Assembly (NCBI RefSeq): GCF_014396165.1
Contig: NZ_CP060715.1
Coordinates: 1,350,001 to 1,382,000 of the forward strand
Direction: 5' to 3'
Origin: Erysipelothrix inopinata
GTDB lineage: Bacteria > Bacillota_I > Bacilli_A > Erysipelotrichales > Erysipelotrichaceae
Length of the DNA: 32,000 nt
Part shown: positions 1 to 8,704 of the stretch, in pieces
Numbering within the stretch: the stretch's first letter is position 1
How the letters are laid out: each line of letters opens with the position of its first letter
The notes under the pieces: model-generated
What the model saw: only the letters and a program-made list of their open reading frames with translations
Database searches by the model: none
Told to the model about the DNA's origin: nothing
Translations under genes and position numbers: made by a program

Positions 1-1283
1 GTAACACAACTGCAACGTCATTACCAGTAGAAAATGTATCAGTTAAGGATACATTACCTGAAGGCATTGAGTTTACTGATTCAATTGTTTATGTTGACGG
101 TGTAGCTCAAGAGGGTGTTGTAAATGGGCGTGGCTTCGAAGTCAACATTCCATCATTAGCTTATGGTAAAAATGTGGAAATAACATTTGAAGTAAATGTA
201 ACAGGATCCAAACTAGAAACTGTCGTAAATAAGGCTACAGTTACAAATCCTGAAGATCCAACAAATCCAATTGAACCGGAAGTTCCAGTAGTTGTGACCC
301 CTGACAAGGCGGTTATCACAGCTAAAAAGCTGGTATCAAAAGATACTGTCAACGTGAATGAAAAGTTCAATTATACTATTAAAGTAAGCAACACAACTGC
401 AACGTCATTACCTGTCGAAAATGTATCAATTAAAGATACATTACCAGAGGGCATTGAGTTTACTGATTCCATCATCTATGTTGATGGTGTCGCTCAAGAC
501 GGTGTCGTAAATGGACGTAGTTTTGAAGTTATTATTCCTTCGTTAGCTTATAGCAAAGACGTGGAAATAACGTTTGAAGTAATCGCAACAGGATCCAAGC
601 TAGAAACTGTGGTTAATAAGGCTACAGTTACAAATCCAGAAGATCCGACGAATCCAATTGAACCGGAAGTTCCAGTAGTTGTGACACCGGATAAAGCGAA
701 TATTTATGCAGAGAAATTAGTTGATAAAGCAGTTGTTAATGTTAATGAAAAATTCAACTACTCCATCAAAGTAAGCAACACAATAGCAACGTCATTACCT
801 GTAGAAAATGTATCAATTAAAGATATATTACCAGAAGGCATTGAGTTTACAGATACTATCGTTTATGTTGATGGTGTAGCACAAGAAGGTGTCATAAATG
901 GACGCAGTTTCGAAGTTATTATTCCGTCACTATCCTATGGTAAAGATGTGGAAGTAACGTTTGAGGTAATCGCAACAGGAAGCAAACTTGGTGGAATTGT
1001 AAATAAGGCTACAGTTACAAATCCTGAAGATCCAACAAATCCAATTGAACCTGAAGTTCCAGTAGTTGTGACACCTGACAAAGCGGTTATCACAGCCGAA
1101 AAACTGGTGTCAAAAGATACTGTCAATGTGAATGAAAAGTTCAATTATACTATCAAAGTAAGTAACACAACTGCAACATCACTACCTGTCGAAAATGTAT
1201 CAATTAAAGATACATTACCAGAGGGCATTGAGTTTACTGATTCCATCATCTATGTTGACGGGGTAGCATACGAGGGGTCGTGA
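1..1283 (+). CDS. Cell-wall surface protein, tandem repeat-domain region (5' partial at window edge; upstream fragment of a frameshifted gene)
   Basis: Frame 3 is open from base 3 to the TGA at 1281-1283; the track ORF 174..1283 merely starts at the first GTG. The translation is ~129-aa tandem units ([46 protein letters not shown]...[47 protein letters not shown]). This pattern resembles DUF11/TIGR01451-type conserved-repeat Ig-like domains of Gram-positive wall proteins. Confidence 0.8.
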   Translation, partial: NTTATSLPVENVSVKDTLPEGIEFTDSIVYVDGVAQEGVVNGRGFEVNIPSLAYGKNVEITFEVNVTGSKLETVVNKATVTNPEDPTNPIEPEVPVVVTPDKAVITAKKLVSKDTVNVNEKFNYTIKVSNTTATSLPVENVSIKDTLPEGIEFTDSIIYVDGVAQDGVVNGRSFEVIIPSLAYSKDVEITFEVIATGSKLETVVNKATVTNPEDPTNPIEPEVPVVVTPDKANIYAEKLVDKAVVNVNEKFNYSIKVSNTIATSLPVENVSIKDILPEGIEFTDTIVYVDGVAQEGVINGRSFEVIIPSLSYGKDVEVTFEVIATGSKLGGIVNKATVTNPEDPTNPIEPEVPVVVTPDKAVITAEKLVSKDTVNVNEKFNYTIKVSNTTATSLPVENVSIKDTLPEGIEFTDSIIYVDGVAYEGS

Positions 1284-2620
1284 GTGGCCATGGCTTCGAA
1301 GTTATCATTCCATCATTAGCTTATGATAAAGACGTAGAAGTAACGTTTGAAGTAATCGCAACAGGATCCAAGCTAGAAACTGTGGTTAATAAGGCTACAG
1401 TTACAAATCCAGAAGATCCGACGAATCCAATTGAACCAGAGGTTCCGGTAATCGTGACTCCAGACAAAGGTAAAATCGTGGCTGAGAAGATTGTAAATAA
1501 AGATACAATTTCAGTTAATGAAACATTTATCTATTCTATTAAAGTCAAGAATATTGTAAAAACATCGTTACCTATGAAAAATATCGTTGTTAAGGATAGT
1601 CTTCCAGAAGGTATATCATTTACAGATAAAATTATTTACGTGAATGGCGTAGCTAAGACAGGACTAATAAATGGTGTTGATTTTGAAGTAGTAATTCCAT
1701 CCTTAGCTTATGGTGAAGAAATTGTAGTTTCCTTTGAAACTAAAGCGTCGGGTAGTAAAATAGGAGAAACAATAAACAAAGCTAAAGTAGTGAACCCAGA
1801 AGATCCAACGAATCCAATTGAACCAGAGGTTCCAGTAGTTGTGACTCCGGATAAAGCGGTTATCACAGCTGAAAAACTGGTGTCAAAGGACACTGTCAAT
1901 GTGAATGAAAAGTTCAATTATACTATCAAAGTAAGTAACATAACTGCAACGTCATTACCTGTCGAAAACGTATCTGTTAAGGATACATTACCAGAAGGCA
2001 TTGAGTTCACAGATTCTATCATTTATGTTGATGGGGTAGCTCAAAATGGTATTGTAAATGGACGAAGTTTTGAAGTTATTATTCCTTTATTGGCTTATGA
2101 TAAAGATGCGGAAGTAACATTTGAAGTAATCGCAACTGGATCCAAACTGGAAACTGTCGTAAACAAGGCTACAGTTATAAATCCAGAAGATCCTACGAAC
2201 CCGATTGAACCGGAGGTTCCAGTAGTTGTGACCCCTGACAAGGCGGTTATCACAGCTGAAAAACTGGTGTCAAAGGACACTGTCAACGTCAATGAAAAGT
2301 TCAATTATACTATCAAAGTAAGTAACATAACTGCAACGTCATTACCTGTCGAAAATGTATCAGTTAAGGATACATTACCAGAAGGCATTGAGTTCACAGA
2401 TTCTATCATTTATGTTGATGGGGTAGCTCAAAATGGTATTGTAAATGGACGTAGTTTTGAAGTTATTATTCCTTCATTAGCTTATGGCACAGATGGGGAA
2501 GTAACATTTGAAGTAATTGCGTCTGGATCGAGAGTTGGCGAAATTATTAATATTGCTAAGATCACAAACCCAGAAAATCCTACAGATCCAATTGAGCCGG
2601 AAGTTCCTGTGACAGTTGTA
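3..2620 (+). repeat. Tandem 387-bp (129-codon) coding repeat, about 6.8 copies in the window
   Basis: The motif aacacaac/aacataac recurs at 3, 390, 777, 1164, (about 1550, divergent copy), 1937 and 2324. The period is exactly 387 nt, except that 1164 to 1937 spans 773 nt (2x387-1) because of the frameshift. Confidence 0.95.
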
Positions 2621-2845
2621 CCTGTAGAACCTGTAGAACCTGTAGAACCTGTAGAACCTGTAGAACCTGTAGAACCTGTAGAACCTGTAGAACCTGTTAA
2701 TCCAACCGACCCGGTTGAACCAAACCCTACAGAACCTGTATTACCTTCAACAGGTGTTAATAATTATTCTAATGTTAATTACTTACTCTTAATGTTAGGC
2801 TCGATCTTTGTATTTATTTCTGGAAAGAAAAGAAAGTCAATTTAA
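1280..2845 (+). CDS. Same surface protein, downstream fragment: repeat domains, (PVE)8 stalk, LPSTG sortase signal, TM helix and KKRKS tail
   Basis: Continues the same 129-aa repeats in a different frame. LPSTG is at 2741-2755, followed by the hydrophobic stretch [16 protein letters not shown] and a basic tail KKRKSI, a classic sortase sorting signal. This fragment has no signal peptide of its own. Confidence 0.8.
   Translation: MSGHGFEVIIPSLAYDKDVEVTFEVIATGSKLETVVNKATVTNPEDPTNPIEPEVPVIVTPDKGKIVAEKIVNKDTISVNETFIYSIKVKNIVKTSLPMKNIVVKDSLPEGISFTDKIIYVNGVAKTGLINGVDFEVVIPSLAYGEEIVVSFETKASGSKIGETINKAKVVNPEDPTNPIEPEVPVVVTPDKAVITAEKLVSKDTVNVNEKFNYTIKVSNITATSLPVENVSVKDTLPEGIEFTDSIIYVDGVAQNGIVNGRSFEVIIPLLAYDKDAEVTFEVIATGSKLETVVNKATVINPEDPTNPIEPEVPVVVTPDKAVITAEKLVSKDTVNVNEKFNYTIKVSNITATSLPVENVSVKDTLPEGIEFTDSIIYVDGVAQNGIVNGRSFEVIIPSLAYGTDGEVTFEVIASGSRVGEIINIAKITNPENPTDPIEPEVPVTVVPVEPVEPVEPVEPVEPVEPVEPVEPVNPTDPVEPNPTEPVLPSTGVNNYSNVNYLLLMLGSIFVFISGKKRKSI
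2621..2692 (+). repeat. Perfect 9-nt microsatellite (cctgtagaa)x8 encoding (PVE)8
   Basis: Eight perfect contiguous copies counted from 2621, with a degenerate ninth unit cctgttaat at 2693-2701. Confidence 0.97.
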
Positions 2846-2856
2846 GTAAAGAAAAT

Positions 2857-2888
2857 ACTCTGTGAAGTTCAAAGCACAGAGTGTTTTT
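2857..2888 (+). terminator. Rho-independent terminator of the surface protein gene
   Basis: actctgtg (2857-2864) pairs with cacagagt (2875-2882), with a 10-nt loop and then gttttta. Confidence 0.75.
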
Positions 2889-2951
2889 ATTTGAAAAAAA
2901 CTGTAGTGTGATTCTTAACATATCTATACATTAACTGTATCAAATAAAAGA

Positions 2952-2977
2952 TAAAAAAAGGAAGCATTGAGCTTCCT
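2952..2977 (-). terminator. Rho-independent terminator of mgtA
   Basis: Minus strand reads aggaagc-tcaat-gcttcct followed by ttttttat, and lies 9 nt after the mgtA stop. Confidence 0.8.
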
Positions 2978-2985
2978 ATAATTGA

Positions 2986-5580
2986 TTAATCGAGTGGTGT
3001 CCACACGAATTTTTTGATTAATGCAGTAGTAATTAAGTAAAGACCAACAATACCAAATACCCATATTGCGTGAGGGCGGGTTAGAATTGTGAGTTCAATA
3101 GTGCTTGCTAGTGGTGTTAATACGAAGAGCAATGTAATTCCGATTGCAAGTGCATTTACAAGAACAAGTACTGTAGAAGGTCTATTCTTAAATGAGAATG
3201 GATGTTTGGCACGAATTACGAAGATAATTAGTGCTTGGGACAAGATACCAAATGTAAACCAGAAAGTTTGGAAAATGATAGCTTGTTGCGGTGTACGAAT
3301 ATCAAATACAAACCATAATACAATAAAGCACATGATATCAAAGATTGAGCTGAGTGGGCCAAATACCATCATAAAGCGTGTTAGAGATTTTGAATCTAGT
3401 TTACGTGGTTTATCAAGATCTTTTGGATCACAGTTATCAAATGGAATACCTGTTTGAGCTAAATCACTGAGTAAGTTTTGGACAAGAATATGAACTGGTA
3501 ACAATGGTAAGAAAGGTAAGAAGATACTTGCAACGATAACTGAAATCATGTTACCGAAGTTACCACTAACGGCCATTTCTAGGTATTTAACCATATTAAT
3601 AATAGTTTTTCTACCTTCTAAGATACCTTGTTCTAAAACGTTAAGATCTTTTTTAAGAAGAATAATATCTGCAGATTCTTTAGCAATATCAACTGCTGTA
3701 TCAACTGAAATTCCAACATCAGCTTGTTTTAATGCAAGTGCATCGTTGATACCATCTCCAAGGAATCCTACTGTATGACCATTGTTTTGGAATGATTCTA
3801 CAATGCGTTTCTTTTGATCTGGTGATATTTTAGCGAAGAGATGGCAGTGTTTAACTGCTTCTCTTAGTTGATCGTCATCCATTTCATCAATATCTTTACC
3901 AATATAGGTTACTTCTGTATCGACACCAACTTTGTTACATACTTTCTTAGCAACACCGAGGCTGTCACCTGTTATAACAACAACATCAACACCGTGGTGA
4001 TTGAGACTTTCGATAGTTGGTTTTGCACTTTCTTTAGGTGGGTCTAAGAAACCGATAAATCCGATAAGTACAAGGTCATACTCATCATCTACACCAAATT
4101 CATGATCGGCAGGAACATCATTTTTCTGAGCAACAGCAATCATACGAAGACCATCATTATTATGTTGCATGTAAACGTCCATTGCTTCTTTACGTGTTTC
4201 ATCATCAAGAAGTGAAACCTTACCATCGCGGTCGATGTATTTACATAACTTCATTATTTCTTCAACGGCACCCTTAGTGATAAGTTGACGTTTATCATTT
4301 GAATCTTCAAGGATAACCGACATTCTTCGACGTGAGAAATCAAATGGGATTTCATCAACGATTGTATAATAGTTAATCAAGTCATCCATGTTATAGGATT
4401 TAGCACGTTCAATGATTGCCAAGTCAATTAAGTTTTTTAATCCGCTTTGGAAATATGAGTTCAGATAAGCATGACGCAATACACGCATGTCATCATCACC
4501 GTTCACATCCATATAGCGTTCTAGAATAATATCATCTTGAGTGATCGTTCCTGTCTTATCCGTACAAAGCACATCCATCTCACCAAATGAAGAGATTGAA
4601 CTTTGTGATTTAACAATTGTTTGGTGTTTAGCCATATTAATAGCACCACGAGCAAGTCCTGAACTTAGAACAACTGGTAGCATCTCGGGTGTAAGACCAA
4701 CAGCAACAGTGAGAGCAAAAACGAAAGCACCAATGAAATCATGTTTTAGAAGTCCGTTAATGACAAAAATGATTGGTAACATAATAATCATCAATCTCAT
4801 TAAGAGACGGCTGATGGTACTAATACTGTGCTCAAAACTGGTAGATCGTTTTGTAGTTTTTAGGATGTGTGTCATCTTTCCTAAATATGTATTCGAACCT
4901 GTACGAACAACGATTGCTCGTGCAGTACCACTGACGACGTTGGTTCCCATTAGACATAGGTTTGAATAATCGGATTCTCCACCATCTATGGATTCTTCAT
5001 CAAAACGAACAAATTTTTCAACTGGTTGTGATTCACCTGTAAGTGTCGCTTGCGAAATAAATAAGTCTTTTGCCGAAATAACACGTAAGTCAGCAGGGAT
5101 AATATCACCAGCAGACAAATTCACAATATCTCCGAGTACAAGGTCATCAATAGGGATTTCAATAAATTCCTTATCACGAAGTGCTGCGGTCGTGTTTGAA
5201 ACCATGTTTAATAGTTTTTCACTGGCTGCACTGGAACGTTCATCTTGAATAAATGAAATTAACGTCGAAATAATAACGATAATTGATAAGATTGAAATTG
5301 TTAGATAATCTTTTTCCCCTGTACTCAGAATAATATCTGTAATAAATGTAATGGCAATGACAACCATTAATACGAGGTTGAAAGGATTAATAAGAACATT
5401 CACAAAACCAACAAAAGGATTTTTTTTCTTATGAGGTTTTATCTCATTAGGTCCTAATTCTTCCAACTTCTTTAAAGCAACCTCACTGGTATAACCATCT
5501 GAGGTTGTTTCGAATGCTTCGAAAAGTTCATCTTGGGGTAGTGACAACGTTTCGATTAATTGTTTATTTTTTTGCGTCAT
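2986..5580 (-). CDS. mgtA: Magnesium-translocating P-type ATPase
   Basis: 864 aa. Phosphorylation motif CTDKTGTITQD, hinge LGDGINDALALKQADVGISV, TGES actuator motif, about 10 hydrophobic segments, and the MgtA-typical NLLSDLAQTGIPFDNCDP segment. SD aaggagg lies 8 nt upstream of the ATG. Confidence 0.93.
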   Translation of the reverse strand: MTQKNKQLIETLSLPQDELFEAFETTSDGYTSEVALKKLEELGPNEIKPHKKKNPFVGFVNVLINPFNLVLMVVIAITFITDIILSTGEKDYLTISILSIIVIISTLISFIQDERSSAASEKLLNMVSNTTAALRDKEFIEIPIDDLVLGDIVNLSAGDIIPADLRVISAKDLFISQATLTGESQPVEKFVRFDEESIDGGESDYSNLCLMGTNVVSGTARAIVVRTGSNTYLGKMTHILKTTKRSTSFEHSISTISRLLMRLMIIMLPIIFVINGLLKHDFIGAFVFALTVAVGLTPEMLPVVLSSGLARGAINMAKHQTIVKSQSSISSFGEMDVLCTDKTGTITQDDIILERYMDVNGDDDMRVLRHAYLNSYFQSGLKNLIDLAIIERAKSYNMDDLINYYTIVDEIPFDFSRRRMSVILEDSNDKRQLITKGAVEEIMKLCKYIDRDGKVSLLDDETRKEAMDVYMQHNNDGLRMIAVAQKNDVPADHEFGVDDEYDLVLIGFIGFLDPPKESAKPTIESLNHHGVDVVVITGDSLGVAKKVCNKVGVDTEVTYIGKDIDEMDDDQLREAVKHCHLFAKISPDQKKRIVESFQNNGHTVGFLGDGINDALALKQADVGISVDTAVDIAKESADIILLKKDLNVLEQGILEGRKTIINMVKYLEMAVSGNFGNMISVIVASIFLPFLPLLPVHILVQNLLSDLAQTGIPFDNCDPKDLDKPRKLDSKSLTRFMMVFGPLSSIFDIMCFIVLWFVFDIRTPQQAIIFQTFWFTFGILSQALIIFVIRAKHPFSFKNRPSTVLVLVNALAIGITLLFVLTPLASTIELTILTRPHAIWVFGIVGLYLITTALIKKFVWTPLD

Positions 5581-5611
5581 AAACTAACTCCTCCTTATTT
5601 AATAAGTGAGC

Positions 5612-5704
5612 TCAGTTTGAAACAATCCATGAGGTAAAACCCAAAGGATCATCGTCTAGAGAACACTCTGTGCAACTTTTGAAGATACAACTCTGATCTT
5701 CCAT
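5612..5704 (-). CDS. Candidate 30-codon upstream ORF / leader peptide in the mgtA 5' leader (MEDQSCIFKSCTECSLDDDPLGFTSWIVSN)
   Basis: Minus strand: strong SD gggagg (5719-5714), 9-nt spacer, ATG 5704-5702, TGA at 5614-5612. The stop is 31 nt before the mgtA ATG, and the uORF sits immediately downstream of a good sigma-A promoter. It is below the ORF-track size cut-off. No homology evidence. Confidence 0.3.
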   Translation of the reverse strand: MEDQSCIFKSCTECSLDDDPLGFTSWIVSN

Positions 5705-5729
5705 CGGCTAATACCTCCCTTTTATTCAA

Positions 5730-5758
5730 ACTATAACAAAAAAGGCGTTGAAATTCAA
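5730..5758 (-). promoter_or_regulatory. Sigma-A type promoter for the mgtA leader
   Basis: Minus strand: TTGAAT (5758-5753), 17-nt spacer ending in tgt, TATAGT (5735-5730). Confidence 0.5.
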
Positions 5759-5784
5759 TGCCAGTTCGAATGAGAATGTGTTTC

Positions 5785-5814
5785 TATACAATGAGTTTTG
5801 TCCTGTGTTATACT
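5785..5814 (+). promoter_or_regulatory. Extended -10 promoter for the HAD-ald operon, divergent from the mgtA promoter
   Basis: tgtTATACT (TG at 5806-5807, hexamer 5809-5814) with a weak -35 tataca/atacaa at 5785-5791. Confidence 0.4.
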
Positions 5815-5837
5815 TTGGTTAAATGGAGGTTAAGGAA

Positions 5838-6545
5838 ATGATAAAAACAGTAATATTTGATTTAGATGGAACGTTATTGCCTATGGATGCGCAAGCGTTT
5901 GAACGAGCCTATATAACCTCTATTACTCAATCTGTGAGTGATATGGTGGAACCGGAAAAATTGGGTCGTGCGCTGTGGTCAGCGGCACATGTCATGGTGA
6001 AGGATGATGATCCAACACGTATTAATAAAGATGTGTATTACGAAGCTTTTGAAAAAGCTTTAGATATCCCTAATTTTGAAGAATTAGAACCGCGTTTAGA
6101 CGCCTATTATGAATCAGATTATGATGTTGTGGAAACCGTGACAAAGATTTCAGAAGAAATGGTTGAATCTATCCGCTATTTAAAGGATAAGGGTTATGAC
6201 ATTATTCTGGCTACGAATCCTATGTTCCCACAACTTGCGACCGATAAAAGAATTCGTTGGGCGGGATTGGAACCGAGTGATTTTAGATATATTACTCGCT
6301 TTGAGTCCAGCCATTTCTGCAAACCAAATTTGAATTATTACCATGAAATTGTTAAGATATGTGAATTGAACCCTCATCAATGTCTTATGATTGGTAATGA
6401 TGTTGAAGAGGATTTAATTGCGAAACAATTAGGCATGGAAGTGTGGCTTCTTGAAGATAACATCATTCATCGTGGAAGTGACATTCTATGTGATTGGCGA
6501 GGGGATCGTAAAGCATTGTTGACCCATTTGAAGGAGGTTTTATAA
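5838..6545 (+). CDS. HAD-superfamily hydrolase
   Basis: N-terminal FDLDGTLL (DxDGT motif I), then ATNP and GNDVEEDL motifs. I prefer ATG 5838 (GGAGG at 5825-5829, 8-nt spacer) over the track start 5823. Confidence 0.8.
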   Translation: MIKTVIFDLDGTLLPMDAQAFERAYITSITQSVSDMVEPEKLGRALWSAAHVMVKDDDPTRINKDVYYEAFEKALDIPNFEELEPRLDAYYESDYDVVETVTKISEEMVESIRYLKDKGYDIILATNPMFPQLATDKRIRWAGLEPSDFRYITRFESSHFCKPNLNYYHEIVKICELNPHQCLMIGNDVEEDLIAKQLGMEVWLLEDNIIHRGSDILCDWRGDRKALLTHLKEVL

Positions 6546-6547
6546 TT

Positions 6548-7675
6548 ATGATAGTTGGATCAGTCAAGGAATTAAAAGATTTTGAAAATCGTGTAGGTTT
6601 AATGCCTTCACACGTATTCGAATATGTTAATAAAGGGCACCGTGTTATCGTAGAAAACGGACTGGGTGTTGGGAGTGGTTTTACAGATGAAATGTACCGT
6701 GAAGCTGGAGCTGAAATCTTAGGTAGTGCACAAGAAGTTTGGGCCCTTGCAGAAATGATCGTCAAAGTAAAAGAACCAATTGAAGAAGAATATAATTTAA
6801 TGAGAAAAGGACAAATTCTTTTCACATATCTTCATTTAGCAAGTAACAAACAACTTGCTGATGCACTTTTAGAACGTGGAGTTAGTGGTGTAGCTTATGA
6901 AACAATTGAAGATCATCTACATCATTTACCACTTTTAAAACCAATGTCTGAAGTTGCAGGTCGTTTATCCATTCAAGAAGGATCGAAATACTTAGAGAAA
7001 ACATATGGTGGCAAAGGTATCTTACTTTCAGGAGTTCCTGGAGTTAAAAGTGGTCATGTTGTTGTCATTGGTGGTGGTGCTGTTGGAATGAGTGCAGTGA
7101 AAACTGCGTTAGGAACCGGCGCTACAGTAAGTGTTCTTGACCGTAATCTTGAAAGACTTGCATATATGGAAGATGTCTTTGGTGGCCGTATCAATACGAT
7201 CTTTAGCGATTCTAAGAGTCTTGAAGAAGAACTGAAAGTAGCGGATGTTGTTATTGGTTCCGTACTTTTACCGGGTGCTAAGGCTCCAAAACTTGTGACT
7301 AAAGAACATTTAAAAATAATGGAACCAGGAACTGTTTTAGTGGACGTCGCAATTGACCAAGGTGGTTGCTTTGAATCAAGTAGACCAACAACTCATAGCA
7401 ATCCAATCTTCATTGAAGAAGGTATTGTTCACTACTGTGTAACGAATATGCCAGGAGCCGTTCCGCAAACTTCAACCGTTGCGTTAGGTAATGCTACATT
7501 ACCTTATGGATTGATGTTAGCAAACGTTGGTTTAGAAAAAGCAATGGAGAGTGATGAAGGCTTTAGAAAGGGTTTAAATACCTATGCAGGATGCATTACT
7601 AATGAAGCAGTTGCTAAAGCACTCGATTTTGATTTTTGCAAATATGAAAACTGCGTTAAAACCATGAATTTATAG
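6548..7675 (+). CDS. ald: Alanine dehydrogenase
   Basis: 375 aa. N-terminus VKELKDFENRVGLMPSHV, Rossmann motif VVVIGGGAVGMSA, and VDVAIDQGGC. Typical Ald length and motifs. Confidence 0.93.
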   Translation: MIVGSVKELKDFENRVGLMPSHVFEYVNKGHRVIVENGLGVGSGFTDEMYREAGAEILGSAQEVWALAEMIVKVKEPIEEEYNLMRKGQILFTYLHLASNKQLADALLERGVSGVAYETIEDHLHHLPLLKPMSEVAGRLSIQEGSKYLEKTYGGKGILLSGVPGVKSGHVVVIGGGAVGMSAVKTALGTGATVSVLDRNLERLAYMEDVFGGRINTIFSDSKSLEEELKVADVVIGSVLLPGAKAPKLVTKEHLKIMEPGTVLVDVAIDQGGCFESSRPTTHSNPIFIEEGIVHYCVTNMPGAVPQTSTVALGNATLPYGLMLANVGLEKAMESDEGFRKGLNTYAGCITNEAVAKALDFDFCKYENCVKTMNL

Positions 7676-7704
7676 AATTAATTTGTTATAATATGTAAAA
7701 GGAG

Positions 7705-8703
7705 GTGGCCGTCATACCAAATGTGATAACTCATGGACTGATGGCACTCGACGTTTATAACAAACTAGAAGAGTCCGATGTCCAAAAGGCAATTAAAAAT
7801 CATCCAAGAGCGTATTTACTTGGAAGCAATGGGCCGGACCTTTTCTTTTACTACAATGTATTACCGTGGCAAGACCAAAATAAGAATCGGATTGTTACTG
7901 GTTATGGTGAAACCGTCCATACACGTCATATCAATGATTTTTATAATACTGCTGCAAAAACAATTGTAGAAAATAAAGATGAGCGTCGACGTGAAATTTT
8001 AACTGCTTATCTCGCAGGTCATTTTATGCATTGGTCCTTAGACTCTCTTGGACACCCTTTTATATTTTATCGGGGTGGAGAGATTGCCGGAGAAACACAG
8101 TATTGGCATTTTAGATATGAGTCAATGCTTGATTCGTTGATGGTACTCTATGTTAAACAAAGACGATTAGAAGATATTAATATTGAAAAATTTGTAGATG
8201 TAGACGACGAAGAACGTCGTGTTATATCGACCTTCTACCAAAGTATCTTGAAAACTGTGTTTGATATACATATTAGTACATCAGTTGTTGATTCTTGCAT
8301 TCGTTCATTTAAAACGACACTCAGGTTCCTATTTGATCCTCATAACATCAAAACTCCCATTATTAGGATGTATGAGAACTATAAAGGAAAACCGTGGGCT
8401 TATACCAGCCATGTTGTGAATTCGAATATAGATGCTGAATACGATGTCCTTAATTTAAAAAAAGAGGCGTGGTGTAATCCCACGAATCTTGAGGATGTAT
8501 CGCATTTGAGTTTTATTGAAATCTATGATCAATCTGTAGAACAAGGAGTTGTTCTCATAGAATCATTAAATAGTTTTCTAAAGGGTGAGACTGTTTCATT
8601 TGACCCATTATTACAAAATCGTCAATATGATACAGGAAGACCCGTAGGGGATGTAATGAAGTATTATGGAAGTATTTATGAACACAATAAGGAGGCAATA
8701 TAA
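7705..8703 (+). CDS. Zinc-dependent phospholipase C-like family protein (cytoplasmic, function unknown)
   Basis: ITHGLMALDV, GSNGPDLFFY and GHFMHWSLDSLGHPF His/Asp pattern, as in Zn_dep_PLPC-domain proteins. No signal peptide. The start is ambiguous: GTG 7705 overlaps the SD ggagg (7701-7705), and the next in-frame GTG is at 7723. Confidence 0.6.
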   Translation: MAVIPNVITHGLMALDVYNKLEESDVQKAIKNHPRAYLLGSNGPDLFFYYNVLPWQDQNKNRIVTGYGETVHTRHINDFYNTAAKTIVENKDERRREILTAYLAGHFMHWSLDSLGHPFIFYRGGEIAGETQYWHFRYESMLDSLMVLYVKQRRLEDINIEKFVDVDDEERRVISTFYQSILKTVFDIHISTSVVDSCIRSFKTTLRFLFDPHNIKTPIIRMYENYKGKPWAYTSHVVNSNIDAEYDVLNLKKEAWCNPTNLEDVSHLSFIEIYDQSVEQGVVLIESLNSFLKGETVSFDPLLQNRQYDTGRPVGDVMKYYGSIYEHNKEAI

Positions 8704-8704
8704 T

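Noticed and set aside
161-2304. Four 69-aa minus-strand ORFs (161-370, 935-1144, 1708-1917, 2095-2304) with near-identical sequences [15 protein letters not shown]...
   Set aside because: They are the antisense frame of the conserved part of each 387-bp repeat. They recur only because the repeat recurs, have no SD, and are low-complexity T/S/G-rich.
2621-2692. Short perfect direct repeats that could be mistaken for a CRISPR-like array
   Set aside because: The units are 9 nt, contiguous with no spacers, and in-frame inside a CDS encoding (PVE)8. This is a coding microsatellite.
3089-5248. Plus-strand ORFs of 76-142 aa antisense to mgtA
   Set aside because: They lie entirely inside a confidently identified P-type ATPase gene on the other strand and have no start signals.
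5581-5725. M-box (ykoK) Mg2+ riboswitch in the mgtA leader
   Set aside because: The leader is only ~140 nt. I cannot find the GTTAGGTGAGGCT core or the full ~160-nt multi-helix architecture. Only a vague AGTG...CTCTAGACGAT resemblance to the 3' M-box segment exists. A covariance-model scan would settle it.
6463-6825. 120-aa minus-strand ORF overlapping the HAD/ald junction, and similar antisense ORFs at 6180-6380, 8783-9020, 9417-9954, 10404-13365, 15990-16178, 18038-18404, 26650-27006, 29299-29496 and 31193-31477
   Set aside because: Each is embedded antisense in a well-supported gene. None has an SD or a recognisable motif.
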